Below, one piece after another: positions 16,884 through 25,835 of a stretch of 42,455 nt of DNA. The stretch comes from Flavobacteriales bacterium (lineage in GTDB: Bacteria; Bacteroidota; Bacteroidia; NS11-12g; UBA955): positions 1-42,455 of the forward strand of contig CANIZU010000001.1 of NCBI GenBank assembly GCA_947472115.1, read 5' to 3'. The translations under genes and the position numbers were made by a program. The notes under the pieces are model-generated. The model was not told where the DNA came from, ran no database searches, and saw only the letters and a list, made by a program, of their open reading frames with translations. How positions within the stretch are numbered: position 1 is the first letter of the stretch; each line of letters starts with the position of its first letter.

Positions 16884-17014
16884 TCGGAATCTTTCGATGG
16901 TTATGGGTTGTGTTTCGGGGAAACAGATTGAGTTTAAGATGCTAAATAATGAATTTAAAGGCAAACATCAAAGGAAATGCGTAAAAATAACGAGGATTTG
17001 ATGCCTAGCCGACA

Positions 17015-19819
17015 TTACTGCGCAATCGAAAAAAGTCGTTTTTGCTCTTCAGCGGTATAGGTTCGGCCCAGAAACGGGTGATTGGGTAGTTCTTGTATTT
17101 CTTTGATTATAAGTGCTTTGTAATGGCTTTGTTGTTTGAAATATTGGAGCAAATCGATGGCCGGAGAGGCCAAACGTGTGTTAAAACCAAGAATCGCATC
17201 AAAAAGGTTTTGTGTAAGTTCTGGTGTTAAAACATTGAGGCGTTTCAGAGCGGCCATCGCATTGGTTCGGGTTCTGAATTCATAGTACGGTCCGGTCATG
17301 GAAATCAGACTGTTTAAGAAAATTTGAGGCTCATTTTCGGTTCGTTTTCCATGAAGAGAAACTTCTTGTTTTTTCTGTTGTTCCAGCGCGTCGGTGTAAG
17401 CAAGTTCAAAATACTTCACCGTCAGGTTGTGGAGATAACCGGTTTCGTCTTTGATGGCTTCCAGGATATCGCGGTGACTGATGAATGCGGGTTGATATTG
17501 TGTTGAAGCCACAATTTCGGTTGATCCCTTAGCATCCAACTGAGCAGTTGACATCTGTGGCAAATTCCAGAGGCGATTTACAACCAATTCGATTGTGGTG
17601 TAACTGGAATCCTTTAGTCCTTCCAAGAAAATTTCTTTAAAATTTGGCTCCAATGGTAAGCGTTCGAACAAAACTTTCCTTACCGAAGATTGTCCGCTAT
17701 TTGCGAATTTTTGCAATACGATGGCATTTTGGTTCGCAGTATTTTCAGGTGTGCCAAACGTTTGTTCGCCCTGGTTATATTTTACATTGGATGTCGTCGC
17801 AAATACGCCGGGCAGACTCAACCATTGTGTGGCAATTTCGACCTGCATCTCGCGGAATTTTTCTCGATTCCATGCCTGTTCTAGAACTGTTTTGAAGTCG
17901 ATCGATCCGTTAGTTCTTGTCTGATCAGAAGATCCGCCTAGGCCAGCATGTGCAACTGTTCCGCTATGAATAGCAACGGTTCCGCGCAAAGCCACCAAAG
18001 CATCGTAGCGGTCTAACATACTGCTACCATGTTCCATTTGAAAATGCCATTCGGCAGGGCTTTTTTGCATTTCAAGGGTTTTCAAAATCCGACTGCCTGC
18101 ATCAAATACCACAGTCAAAGGCGCTTTTTGGGTTTTGAAATGGAAGGTGTGTTGCGATTTTTCTACCCAAACGGTGCGTTTTTCACTGCTGCCATCGAAA
18201 TAGAGAAATTCAATGTCAACCGGCATGCGGAAAAGCCCAACCACGATATCTTGATTTTGGGTTTGTTTGACGTTGATTTCAACATCGTATTGGCCCTGGG
18301 GGAAGAAATCATCCCCATTGGCGGAATTGTTTTTGCCTAAGTCTGCGTGCACATTCCAATTCACCGCATAAATGGGTTCGCCCCCGCGATGAATCCACTG
18401 GTCGAAGAACCAATCCATATTGATACCCGTTGCATCGATGATTGCCTTTTGCAAGTCCCATGTTTCCACCGTTTGCAGTCCATGCCGCGACAAATACAAG
18501 TTGATGCTTTTGCGATAGTTTTCTTCGCCGAGTACATGCTGCAACATATATAATACACTAGCTCCTTTTGGGTAATGCCTCGAAGAACCCGCCGCACTAT
18601 GTCGTACCGGCAATGAATTCGCCTTCCCCGCTGCAATCGCGCCGCGCATCTGATCTCTGAAATACCAAGATTTTTCGTCGTTGCCGTAAATGCTGCCCAA
18701 AAACAGACCAGGGTAAAACGTTGCGAAGCTCTCTTGCAACCATTGTTCGCCATCGTGACGGCCGGTGATATAGTCGCCAAACCACTGATGCGTGGCCTCG
18801 TGCGCGTTCACTGTAATGTAATTTCGCTCTTGATAACTGCGCTTATCGACCCAGAAAAAGTCGCCAAAAGTGGTGGCCGAAGTGTTTTCCATCGCGCCGA
18901 ACATAAAATCCTGAATCATGACCTGCGAATAGGTGATCCAAGGGTATTTGATGCCGGTTTCGTTCGACAGGAAGTCGATGATTTGTTCGCTGTACCGCGC
19001 GGTGGGTTCGATTCTCTCGGGGTGTTCGGGGTAGTGCCAAAATTGCATGGGCGTGCCGGCCGGACTCAAGGATTTTTTCACACCGTAATCGCCGATGGCT
19101 AGCATTAATAGGTATCCCGAGTGGGGATTGTTCAATTTGTAATGCCAATTGTTGTTGGTCGAGGTTTTCGTTTTCGACAGCAACGTTCCATTCGATAATA
19201 CTTGGTATTTCGCGTCGAAGGTAATCACGGTTTCAGTCACAAATTTATCGCTGCGATCATCGATCATCGGAATCCAATAGCGGTTGTCGACGCCCTGCCC
19301 TTGGGTCCAAATTTGGCGGTGGGTCATTTCGTCTGGACTACTGATTTCTCCTAGGTTCCATCCAATAAAATAGATGCCTTTGGTTGGTTTGGCGATATAT
19401 TCAAAGGTGATTTTATGCTGCATCGATGCGCCATGATTCTGCACATGCATGGGTTGGTAGGGTTCTGATTTTAGGTCTGGGTAAACGACCACACCGGTGG
19501 GGATGATTTTGAACGGGAGCGTTTTGCCATCCATCGAGGCATTTAATATGTTGATGCCGGGCGCATCGAAGAAGATTGTGTCAATCACGCGTTGCAGGGG
19601 CTCAAACGTATGGGTGACCTTGCCGAAGACGGTTTTCTTGGGGGCGTCGAACGAAACTTCCAATTTCATGTGCAGTACATCGATGTTGCGATTGCGCTCA
19701 TGTCCGCCCGGATCCACATGATAGGCTTGCGTCTCGGGGAATTGGGCTTTGAGTATGGACGCCGTGAAAAACAATATGGCGAGAAGGGGTAGGTATTTCC
19801 AAGTGATGGCGGTGTTCAT
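17015..19819 (-). CDS. M1 family aminopeptidase (secreted, HEAT-like C-terminus)
   Basis: Signal peptide, GAMEN, HEATHQWFG with downstream WLQESFATF glutamate, YPKGA. Confidence 0.92.
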   Translation of the reverse strand: MNTAITWKYLPLLAILFFTASILKAQFPETQAYHVDPGGHERNRNIDVLHMKLEVSFDAPKKTVFGKVTHTFEPLQRVIDTIFFDAPGINILNASMDGKTLPFKIIPTGVVVYPDLKSEPYQPMHVQNHGASMQHKITFEYIAKPTKGIYFIGWNLGEISSPDEMTHRQIWTQGQGVDNRYWIPMIDDRSDKFVTETVITFDAKYQVLSNGTLLSKTKTSTNNNWHYKLNNPHSGYLLMLAIGDYGVKKSLSPAGTPMQFWHYPEHPERIEPTARYSEQIIDFLSNETGIKYPWITYSQVMIQDFMFGAMENTSATTFGDFFWVDKRSYQERNYITVNAHEATHQWFGDYITGRHDGEQWLQESFATFYPGLFLGSIYGNDEKSWYFRDQMRGAIAAGKANSLPVRHSAAGSSRHYPKGASVLYMLQHVLGEENYRKSINLYLSRHGLQTVETWDLQKAIIDATGINMDWFFDQWIHRGGEPIYAVNWNVHADLGKNNSANGDDFFPQGQYDVEINVKQTQNQDIVVGLFRMPVDIEFLYFDGSSEKRTVWVEKSQHTFHFKTQKAPLTVVFDAGSRILKTLEMQKSPAEWHFQMEHGSSMLDRYDALVALRGTVAIHSGTVAHAGLGGSSDQTRTNGSIDFKTVLEQAWNREKFREMQVEIATQWLSLPGVFATTSNVKYNQGEQTFGTPENTANQNAIVLQKFANSGQSSVRKVLFERLPLEPNFKEIFLEGLKDSSYTTIELVVNRLWNLPQMSTAQLDAKGSTEIVASTQYQPAFISHRDILEAIKDETGYLHNLTVKYFELAYTDALEQQKKQEVSLHGKRTENEPQIFLNSLISMTGPYYEFRTRTNAMAALKRLNVLTPELTQNLFDAILGFNTRLASPAIDLLQYFKQQSHYKALIIKEIQELPNHPFLGRTYTAEEQKRLFSIAQ

Positions 19820-19930
19820 TTTGATTGAAATGGATTTTGAGTAAGGGTGTTAAATGAGTAAAAAAACGTTCAGCGAATATAGTACTGACGGGTCGTGAGA
19901 AAAATTCATTGGCATTTTTTACAAATGATA

Positions 19931-19962
19931 CTTGCCTAATGGCAAAATTCGCCTTATTTTTG
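19931..19962 (+). promoter_or_regulatory. Promoter of tRNA-Asp (-33 TTG, -7 TATTTTTG)
   Basis: CTTG at 19931-19934 and TATTTTTG at 19955-19962, followed by CA. Confidence 0.7.
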
Positions 19963-20034
19963 CAGTCCTTTTAAGAATCACAGACGCGAAAGTTGGTAAA
20001 CAACTACTAGTATCAAAGAAGAAAATTAGGAAAC

Positions 20035-20108
20035 GGATTGGTAGTTCAGCTGGTTAGAATGCCGCCCTGTCACGGCGGAGGTCGCGGGTTCGAGTCCCGT
20101 CCAGTCCG
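20035..20108 (+). tRNA. tRNA-Asp (GTC)
   Basis: Full cloverleaf: acceptor GGATTGG/CCAGTCC, D-arm GTTC/GAAT, anticodon stem CCGCC/GGCGG with GTC at 20069-20071, T-arm GCGGG-TTCGAGT-CCCGT. CCA is not encoded. Confidence 0.97.
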
Positions 20109-20122
20109 CAAAATTAACACCT

Positions 20123-20154
20123 AACCCCTTGATTATCAAGGGGTTTTTTATTTT
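20123..20154 (+). terminator. Intrinsic terminator after tRNA-Asp
   Basis: Perfect stem AACCCCTTGA-TTA-TCAAGGGGTT followed by a T-tract. Confidence 0.85.
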
Positions 20155-20177
20155 AAGGACAACATTAAGGACAACAT
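20154..20177. repeat. Perfect 12-bp tandem direct repeat (TAAGGACAACAT x2)
   Basis: Read directly at 20154-20165 and 20166-20177. Confidence 0.9.
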
Positions 20178-20314
20178 TTTTGGGTTGTTTTGGCTGTTTT
20201 TGTTCTGAATTTCATCGCTTCATACAATTGTTGAAATATTTTTTTTGATGCGACGGGGAACCAGTAATAGTTTAGAATTGTGCGTTAATCACTAAGTTGA
20301 TTAACTTAGCTTGT

Positions 20315-20677
20315 ATGAAAACCTCATCATTACAACAACAGAGAAACATTTTAAAACTCCTATCCTGTTTTGAAAGACACCTCAAGGGTTATGATGAGTA
20401 TTTCAACAACGACTATTATCAGATGAGTTATATCGTTCACCGATGTCCTTTCAGTGGCGACTATACAATTGAAGTAACAATGACCATTTGGAACAAAAAA
20501 TACTTCTTTGACAGAATTGAAACGACATATCAGTTTCTGTCATCATTAAAAACATTCTGCGCCATTTTCTCAATGCAACAGGTTAAAATCGTTCGACAAT
20601 TGAAAAAACCTATCAATCACACCGTGAATCTTGAAGAAAGGATTGGCTATGGCATTTATGAAAAAACCATCAATTGA
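20315..20677 (+). CDS. Orphan hypothetical protein (120 aa) in the AT-rich islet
   Basis: ORF from ATG 20315. A diverged copy of its N-terminus at 21077 supports that it is a real gene. Confidence 0.65.
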   Translation: MKTSSLQQQRNILKLLSCFERHLKGYDEYFNNDYYQMSYIVHRCPFSGDYTIEVTMTIWNKKYFFDRIETTYQFLSSLKTFCAIFSMQQVKIVRQLKKPINHTVNLEERIGYGIYEKTIN

Positions 20678-21076
20678 GGTTTTTCAACTTGAGTATAGAT
20701 AAAAGGTTTACTAATGTCAAGTGAGCGTTATTCTTTGAACAAGGATAATGGTATTGAAATCGGCCTACTTATGATTAGATGTAAAACCCATCACGTAAGT
20801 CATACCTCCTTGAAATGGTCTTGAAGTCGGGTTGTATGAGTAATCCATAGAGATGAAAAGAGTTGTCCCCGATAATCCTTGAAAACTGGATTTGTATAAA
20901 ACCAAGAGAAGGAGTTCAACAACAGCTTGGTGGAAATCAAATTTTAAATTTTGGTGGAGCAATGGGGGTTTGCTGTGCTTAAATGAAACTTGTGAGTTAA
21001 ATGAAAAAAACACTTCAATGAGGCGTTGGAAATTAATAAAATATGCCTAAAAACTTTGTTTTTTAACTTTAAATTG

Positions 21077-21178
21077 ATGAAACAAGAATTGGCAGAAAAG
21101 TATGAAAATCTAGTTAGATTCTTATCCTGTTTTGAAAGTCACTTCAAGGGATATGGTGACGATTTCTACACAAAATAG
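21077..21178 (+). pseudogene. Truncated paralogue of the 20315 ORF (33 codons)
   Basis: MKQELAEKYENLVRFLSCFESHFKGYGDDFYTK* aligns with ..RNILKLLSCFERHLKGYDEYFNN. KMS follows the stop, matching QMS in the intact gene. Confidence 0.7.
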
Positions 21179-21224
21179 AAAATGAGTACCCATTTACGAT
21201 TAAAGAAGTAAATTGCAATATTAT

Positions 21225-21298
21225 TGGAATAATCGGACAAATTGACCCCTCTCCGTCGGACTCAAATTGACCCCTAAAGTGAAGAGGGGGTCAATTTG
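21225..21298. mobile_element. IS21-family-like terminal repeat remnant (no transposase)
   Basis: CAAATTGACCCCT at 21238-21250 and 21263-21275, each preceded by TCGGA (period 25), plus an inverted copy GGGGTCAATTTG at 21287-21298. Family assignment is from recalled IS21 end architecture. Confidence 0.5.
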
Positions 21299-21960
21299 GT
21301 TTTTGGTGGCTCAATGCTTTCGCAATCGCCTAAGGTGAATTGACAGTATTTGATGGTTCTACCCATGCCCAACCACATCCTTTCGTAATACGTTTGGATT
21401 TGCAAAATCAGCGGGACAGGGTCTAAAGCGTAGACATCATCATAACAAATCGACAAATTTAAATTGTCTCGCTTGATTTGTTCTAAAGTGCTTTCGAAGA
21501 AAAGCTCACTGTCTGTTTTTACATTGATCAAAGCACTTGCCGGTGCAATCTGTCTGTATAGATTTAAAAACTTAAAACTGCTCAGTCTTTTTCTTTCCTT
21601 TTGAGGCTGTGGATCTGCGAAAGTGATCCAAATTTCTGATACTTCATTGGGTCCAAAATAATCGATAATCGAATCTATGGGAATCCTCAGAAATCGCACA
21701 TTGGAAATAGATTCCACAATTGCCGTTTTGGCACCTGTCCACATCCGATTGCTTTTGATGTCGATGCCTATATAATTAATTTCCGGATTTAGCCTCGCCA
21801 AGCCAATGGTGTAATCACCTTTACCGCAGGCGAGTTCAACAACAATAGGATTGGCGTTTCCGAAAATTTCAGACCAACGCCCTTTGGTTTTATCGCTAGC
21901 GTCTAAGGTGTTTTCAAACGAATTGTATTCGGCAAATTTGATGAGTTTCGGTTTGCTCAT
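21274..21960 (-). CDS. trmB: tRNA (guanine-N7)-methyltransferase
   Basis: VELACGKGDY, YIGIDIK, EIWITFADPQP, KRL, NVKTDS, IQTYYE. Start placed at MSKPK (21960). Confidence 0.93.
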   Translation of the reverse strand: MSKPKLIKFAEYNSFENTLDASDKTKGRWSEIFGNANPIVVELACGKGDYTIGLARLNPEINYIGIDIKSNRMWTGAKTAIVESISNVRFLRIPIDSIIDYFGPNEVSEIWITFADPQPQKERKRLSSFKFLNLYRQIAPASALINVKTDSELFFESTLEQIKRDNLNLSICYDDVYALDPVPLILQIQTYYERMWLGMGRTIKYCQFTLGDCESIEPPKTKLTPSSL

Positions 21961-22097
21961 TGTTTGCAAAGGTACTGTTCAATTCAAGAATCTCTTATTC
22001 CGTGCAGTTTGTTTTTTGGCGATGCTTACATTTTCGAATCGATAAAATTACCGGATGGACATAGAGCGCACAAATTGAAAGAAGTTAACTTTGTAAA

Positions 22098-22673
22098 GTG
22101 ATTTCAGTTGAATTATTGGTGCAAGCCTATCTGTCGGGTTCCTTTCCAATGGCTGATCCAGATGAGGGTGATCAAATTTATTGGCATACGCCGGAAACGA
22201 GAGGGTTGATTCCTTTGGACGATACTTTTAAAGTGCCAAAAAATTTGATGCGTTTGTATAGGAAGGAGAAATTCGAGCTCACGATCAACAGGGCATTTCC
22301 AGAGGTTATCGAACAGTGTTCTTTGTTGAGACAGGGCGACACCTGGATTTCTGAGGAGATTATAGCTGTGTATACAGAGATGCACAAACTTGGGTTGGCA
22401 CATAGTTTTGAGGTTTGGCTCGATGGGGCGTTGGTTGGCGGTTTATATGGTGTGGCAATTGGCAAAGCCTTTTTTGGTGAAAGTATGTTTCACAAGGTCA
22501 CTGATGCTAGTAAGATTGCCTTGGTGTTTTTGGTTGAGTTTCTCAAAGAACAAAATTTTCAACTCCTCGATTGTCAATATCTTAATCCCCATTTGTTGCA
22601 ATTTGGCGCCTATGAAGTAACTCAGGAAGAATTCTTATCACGGTTACAGGAGATAATTCATGGTATTTCCTAA
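22098..22673 (+). CDS. aat: Leucyl/phenylalanyl-tRNA-protein transferase
   Basis: AYLSGSFPMA, TWIS, AHSFEVW, LVGGLYGVAIG..FFGESMF, DASKIAL, LLDCQ..HL..FGA. GTG start lies 4 nt after TAACTTTG. Confidence 0.95.
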   Translation: MISVELLVQAYLSGSFPMADPDEGDQIYWHTPETRGLIPLDDTFKVPKNLMRLYRKEKFELTINRAFPEVIEQCSLLRQGDTWISEEIIAVYTEMHKLGLAHSFEVWLDGALVGGLYGVAIGKAFFGESMFHKVTDASKIALVFLVEFLKEQNFQLLDCQYLNPHLLQFGAYEVTQEEFLSRLQEIIHGIS

Positions 22674-22735
22674 TCGGAGTATTTTAGATGATTCAAATAG
22701 GATGAAATATCCGAGAAATACACCAATTTTGCGGA

Positions 22736-23545
22736 GTGCGCATTAATCATTCAATTCAAGGGGTAGAGGGTTGGGCAGACCTGCTTTGTCCAATCGATAT
22801 TTCTTTGTCGATGGGTCCAGACGGCGACAATCCAAGGGCATTTTTTATTGACCCTGCGAAATTTGATGCCATCAGAGTGGGTGATTTTGTTGGTCGCGTC
22901 GCCGAAGGTGGATCGGCAAACTGCGAGATTCTAACGCTTTGTGCTCATGGGAATGTAACGCATACAGAATGTGTAGGACACATTACAGAAGAGCGAATTG
23001 TAATGCCAGATGTATTGAAACAATTTTGGTTTTCAGCACAATTGGTTTCCATTGATATCTCTTCCACGGGTCGGGTTAGTTTGGCAGATATTCAATCCTT
23101 ACAAATTGGTGGAATAGATGCGGTCATATTTAGGAGTCTCCCCAATAGAAATGAAAAAAAATGCATGGATTGGAGCGGTAATTCGGCGCCATATTTTGAG
23201 CCCGATGCGTTGGCCTACTTGCGCGATTTAGGGGTCGTTCATTTGCTCACCGATTTTCCTAGCGTGGATCCGGAAGAGGACGAGGGACGGTTGGCTGCAC
23301 ATCATGAATGGTGGGGATTGCCCCAGAGAAGTGAAGCTGGGAATACGCTGGCATTAAGCCAAGGCCATTCACGATTTTCATCAACCATTACGGAGTTGAT
23401 ATTTGTGCCTGATTTGGTTGCGGATGGGATTTATATGTTGAATTTTCAGGTGCCAAACCTTAGAACAGATGCTGTCCCTTCTCGGCCTGTCATCTATAAA
23501 TGGAATGCCTTGGTTCACACAATTCCTAATGCAAAAATCAGTTAA
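22736..23545 (+). CDS. Cyclase family metal-dependent hydrolase (kynurenine formamidase-like)
   Basis: HGNVTHTECVGH, HLL.D.PSVDPE.DEG.L.AHH, TITELIFVP, DAVPSRP. Confidence 0.85.
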   Translation: MRINHSIQGVEGWADLLCPIDISLSMGPDGDNPRAFFIDPAKFDAIRVGDFVGRVAEGGSANCEILTLCAHGNVTHTECVGHITEERIVMPDVLKQFWFSAQLVSIDISSTGRVSLADIQSLQIGGIDAVIFRSLPNRNEKKCMDWSGNSAPYFEPDALAYLRDLGVVHLLTDFPSVDPEEDEGRLAAHHEWWGLPQRSEAGNTLALSQGHSRFSSTITELIFVPDLVADGIYMLNFQVPNLRTDAVPSRPVIYKWNALVHTIPNAKIS

Positions 23546-23556
23546 CGATTTTGTCT

Positions 23557-24678
23557 ATGGGTGAAAAATGGCTCTATTTCATAAATATTTTGGTTTCTCG
23601 ATTCATCAATGCAGGGAAACCCAATTTAGGAGCGTTTTCCAATAGTTCGGAAAAAGTTCGTAGTATCATCGTTGTAAAATGGGACGAAATTGGCGATATG
23701 CTAACGGCTGTACACGTTTTTGAATTGTTAAAGCAAAATTATCCCGGCGTTGAAATTACCGTTTTATGTAAACCCTTTGTTTCCTCTTTAATCCAAACCG
23801 ACCCCAACGTAGATGTTATTATCAATGATGTTGAGAAGTGGACAAAAAGATATGATTTGGTCGTTGAATTGCGAGGTACATGGAAGTCGGTATGGAAATC
23901 TTTGGGATGGAAAACAATACCCAAATATAGAGTGGACAGGGGCTGGGTTCGATTTCAACAACGAGGCAAACAGCCGCATGAGACCATTACCAATTACCGG
24001 ATTATCGAACCATTGCTGCCACACATGGCGGGAGAAAAAAAAGTTGAGGACTTGTCAGATTTTGTAATTAAGCCCAAGTTGTATCCGAGCGCCAACGATA
24101 TTGTTCTTGCACAGGATTGGGTTGAATGGGCCTTGAATGATGATTTGGGTCTAACGGACAATGTAAGTGGTATTGCTGTTTTGCATACCGGTGCACGCAG
24201 TAATTTAAGAAGATGGTCGCCCAATCGTTTCGCAGAATTGTCAAAATGGTTGCTCGATGAAAAGAAATTAATGCCGGTTTGGGTGGGCACCAAGGAGGAG
24301 GAAGAACAAATCCTTGCCTCCATTGCATTGGGTGGCGCAGGTAAGGTTTGGATTTCGGGCGAAACCAGTCCCGCTTCTAATTCTTTATTGGCATTTTATG
24401 CATTCATAGAGCGGAGTGCCCTATATGTGGGTAATGAAAGTGGGCCTTTACAAATGGCGGACATCGCGGAGATCCCCACGGTGGGAATTTTCGGACCCGG
24501 TGTTGTCAATGTGTTTTATCCCAAATCATCAAAGAGTCTCGTATTTCATGAAGTTCTGTCATGCAATCCCTGCGATCAGAAAGTTTGTATTCAGCCCAAT
24601 GATCGATGCGTAGACAGAATAGCGGTATCTCAGGTGAAACTTGGAATTAATAAACTACTTGGGTTATTAAACGTATAA
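23557..24678 (+). CDS. Glycosyltransferase family 9 (heptosyltransferase-like)
   Basis: EIGDML, HTGA....RRW, YVGNESGPLQMA, VGIFGP, terminal CNPC...C..C cluster. Confidence 0.87.
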   Translation: MGEKWLYFINILVSRFINAGKPNLGAFSNSSEKVRSIIVVKWDEIGDMLTAVHVFELLKQNYPGVEITVLCKPFVSSLIQTDPNVDVIINDVEKWTKRYDLVVELRGTWKSVWKSLGWKTIPKYRVDRGWVRFQQRGKQPHETITNYRIIEPLLPHMAGEKKVEDLSDFVIKPKLYPSANDIVLAQDWVEWALNDDLGLTDNVSGIAVLHTGARSNLRRWSPNRFAELSKWLLDEKKLMPVWVGTKEEEEQILASIALGGAGKVWISGETSPASNSLLAFYAFIERSALYVGNESGPLQMADIAEIPTVGIFGPGVVNVFYPKSSKSLVFHEVLSCNPCDQKVCIQPNDRCVDRIAVSQVKLGINKLLGLLNV

Positions 24679-24764
24679 TTTCCACAAATTCAACGTGTTG
24701 ATTTTGTAATCGCATTGTTCAAGAAGTATATTCGAGAGTTGTTAGAAAATCATCAAACCAATCC

Positions 24765-25694
24765 ATGAGAAAAGCTTTTGAGGTTACGGTATTAGGGACT
24801 TCGTCGGCTACCCCTACCAAGTATCGGCATCCGAGTTCTCATTATGTGAGGTTGGAGGGCAGTTACCTGCTTTTGGATTGCGGTGAAGGGGCTCAACGAC
24901 AGCTAGCGCGTTACGGCTTGAGAACACAAAGGATTTCACATGTATTTATTACGCATTTACATGGTGATCATTATTTTGGATTGCCCGGATTAATTACTTC
25001 GATGGCCTTATTCGGACGAACGGAGCCACTTGTTATTGTTGGTCCGGCGGCATTACAGAGCATTATGCAGGTGCTGTTGCTGGAAAGTGATTCCATATTG
25101 CCTTATCCCTTAAAGTTTGTTAGTACGCAATTCGACCATATGGAAACGGTTGCCATTGGCGACAATTTCGAGGTGATTTCGGTTCCATTAAAGCATCGTG
25201 TGCCCTGCACTGGTTTTATCATCAAAGAAAAAGGACCGGAACGAAGATTAGATGTAGATGCCTGTGTGAAATATAAAGTTCCAATAGAGCAGTATGATGC
25301 CATCAAGTTGGGCGCAGATTATATTTCTAGCAGTCAAGGTGAAATTAAAAATGAACTCCTTACAACAGATGGAGTTAAAAATCGATCCTATGCCTATATC
25401 ACAGACACAATCTATGATCCGGAATATTTAACACCAATTTTGCAGCATGTAGATTTGTTATATCATGAGGCTACGTTTTTAACGGATCGCTTATCAAGGG
25501 CAATTGAAACCTACCACAGTACTGCTTTGCAAGCGGCTCAAATTGCCAAAAATTCAAATGTAGGTCAATTGTTGATCGGACATTTTAGTGCACGATACAA
25601 TGATGCACAACCTTTGTTGCTAGAAGCTAGGGATGAGTTTGCATCAACCTTCGAAGCCGTGGAAGGTCAAACTTTTTCGGTAGGAGGACAATAA
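24765..25694 (+). CDS. rnz: Ribonuclease Z
   Basis: LGTSSATP, LDCGEGAQ, THLHGDH, YITDT, LLYHEATF, HST, GHFSARY. Confidence 0.95.
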   Translation: MRKAFEVTVLGTSSATPTKYRHPSSHYVRLEGSYLLLDCGEGAQRQLARYGLRTQRISHVFITHLHGDHYFGLPGLITSMALFGRTEPLVIVGPAALQSIMQVLLLESDSILPYPLKFVSTQFDHMETVAIGDNFEVISVPLKHRVPCTGFIIKEKGPERRLDVDACVKYKVPIEQYDAIKLGADYISSSQGEIKNELLTTDGVKNRSYAYITDTIYDPEYLTPILQHVDLLYHEATFLTDRLSRAIETYHSTALQAAQIAKNSNVGQLLIGHFSARYNDAQPLLLEARDEFASTFEAVEGQTFSVGGQ

Positions 25695-25835
25695 AATTTC
25701 ATTTATTAGGTCAAAAATTCTTTGCATTTCTGGTGGTTCGACTGATTCACTAAACACAATTCGAATAAGTGTAAAACTCTTACTTCTGAAAACGGAGAAA
25801 AAGTTGCTCGTACACTAAATTCGTTGGGATTCATC

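Noticed and set aside
19890..19899. GGGTCGTGAG matching the tRNA fragment at positions 4-13, a possible att duplication
   Set aside because: Only 10 bp, not the tRNA 3' end, expected by chance, and the enclosed genes are housekeeping.
20765..21013. 82-aa minus-strand ORF in the islet
   Set aside because: No convincing start or motif. It may be a gene remnant but cannot be supported as a CDS.
25731..25750. TGGTGGTTCGACT resembling a tRNA T-loop
   Set aside because: No complementary T-stem or cloverleaf.
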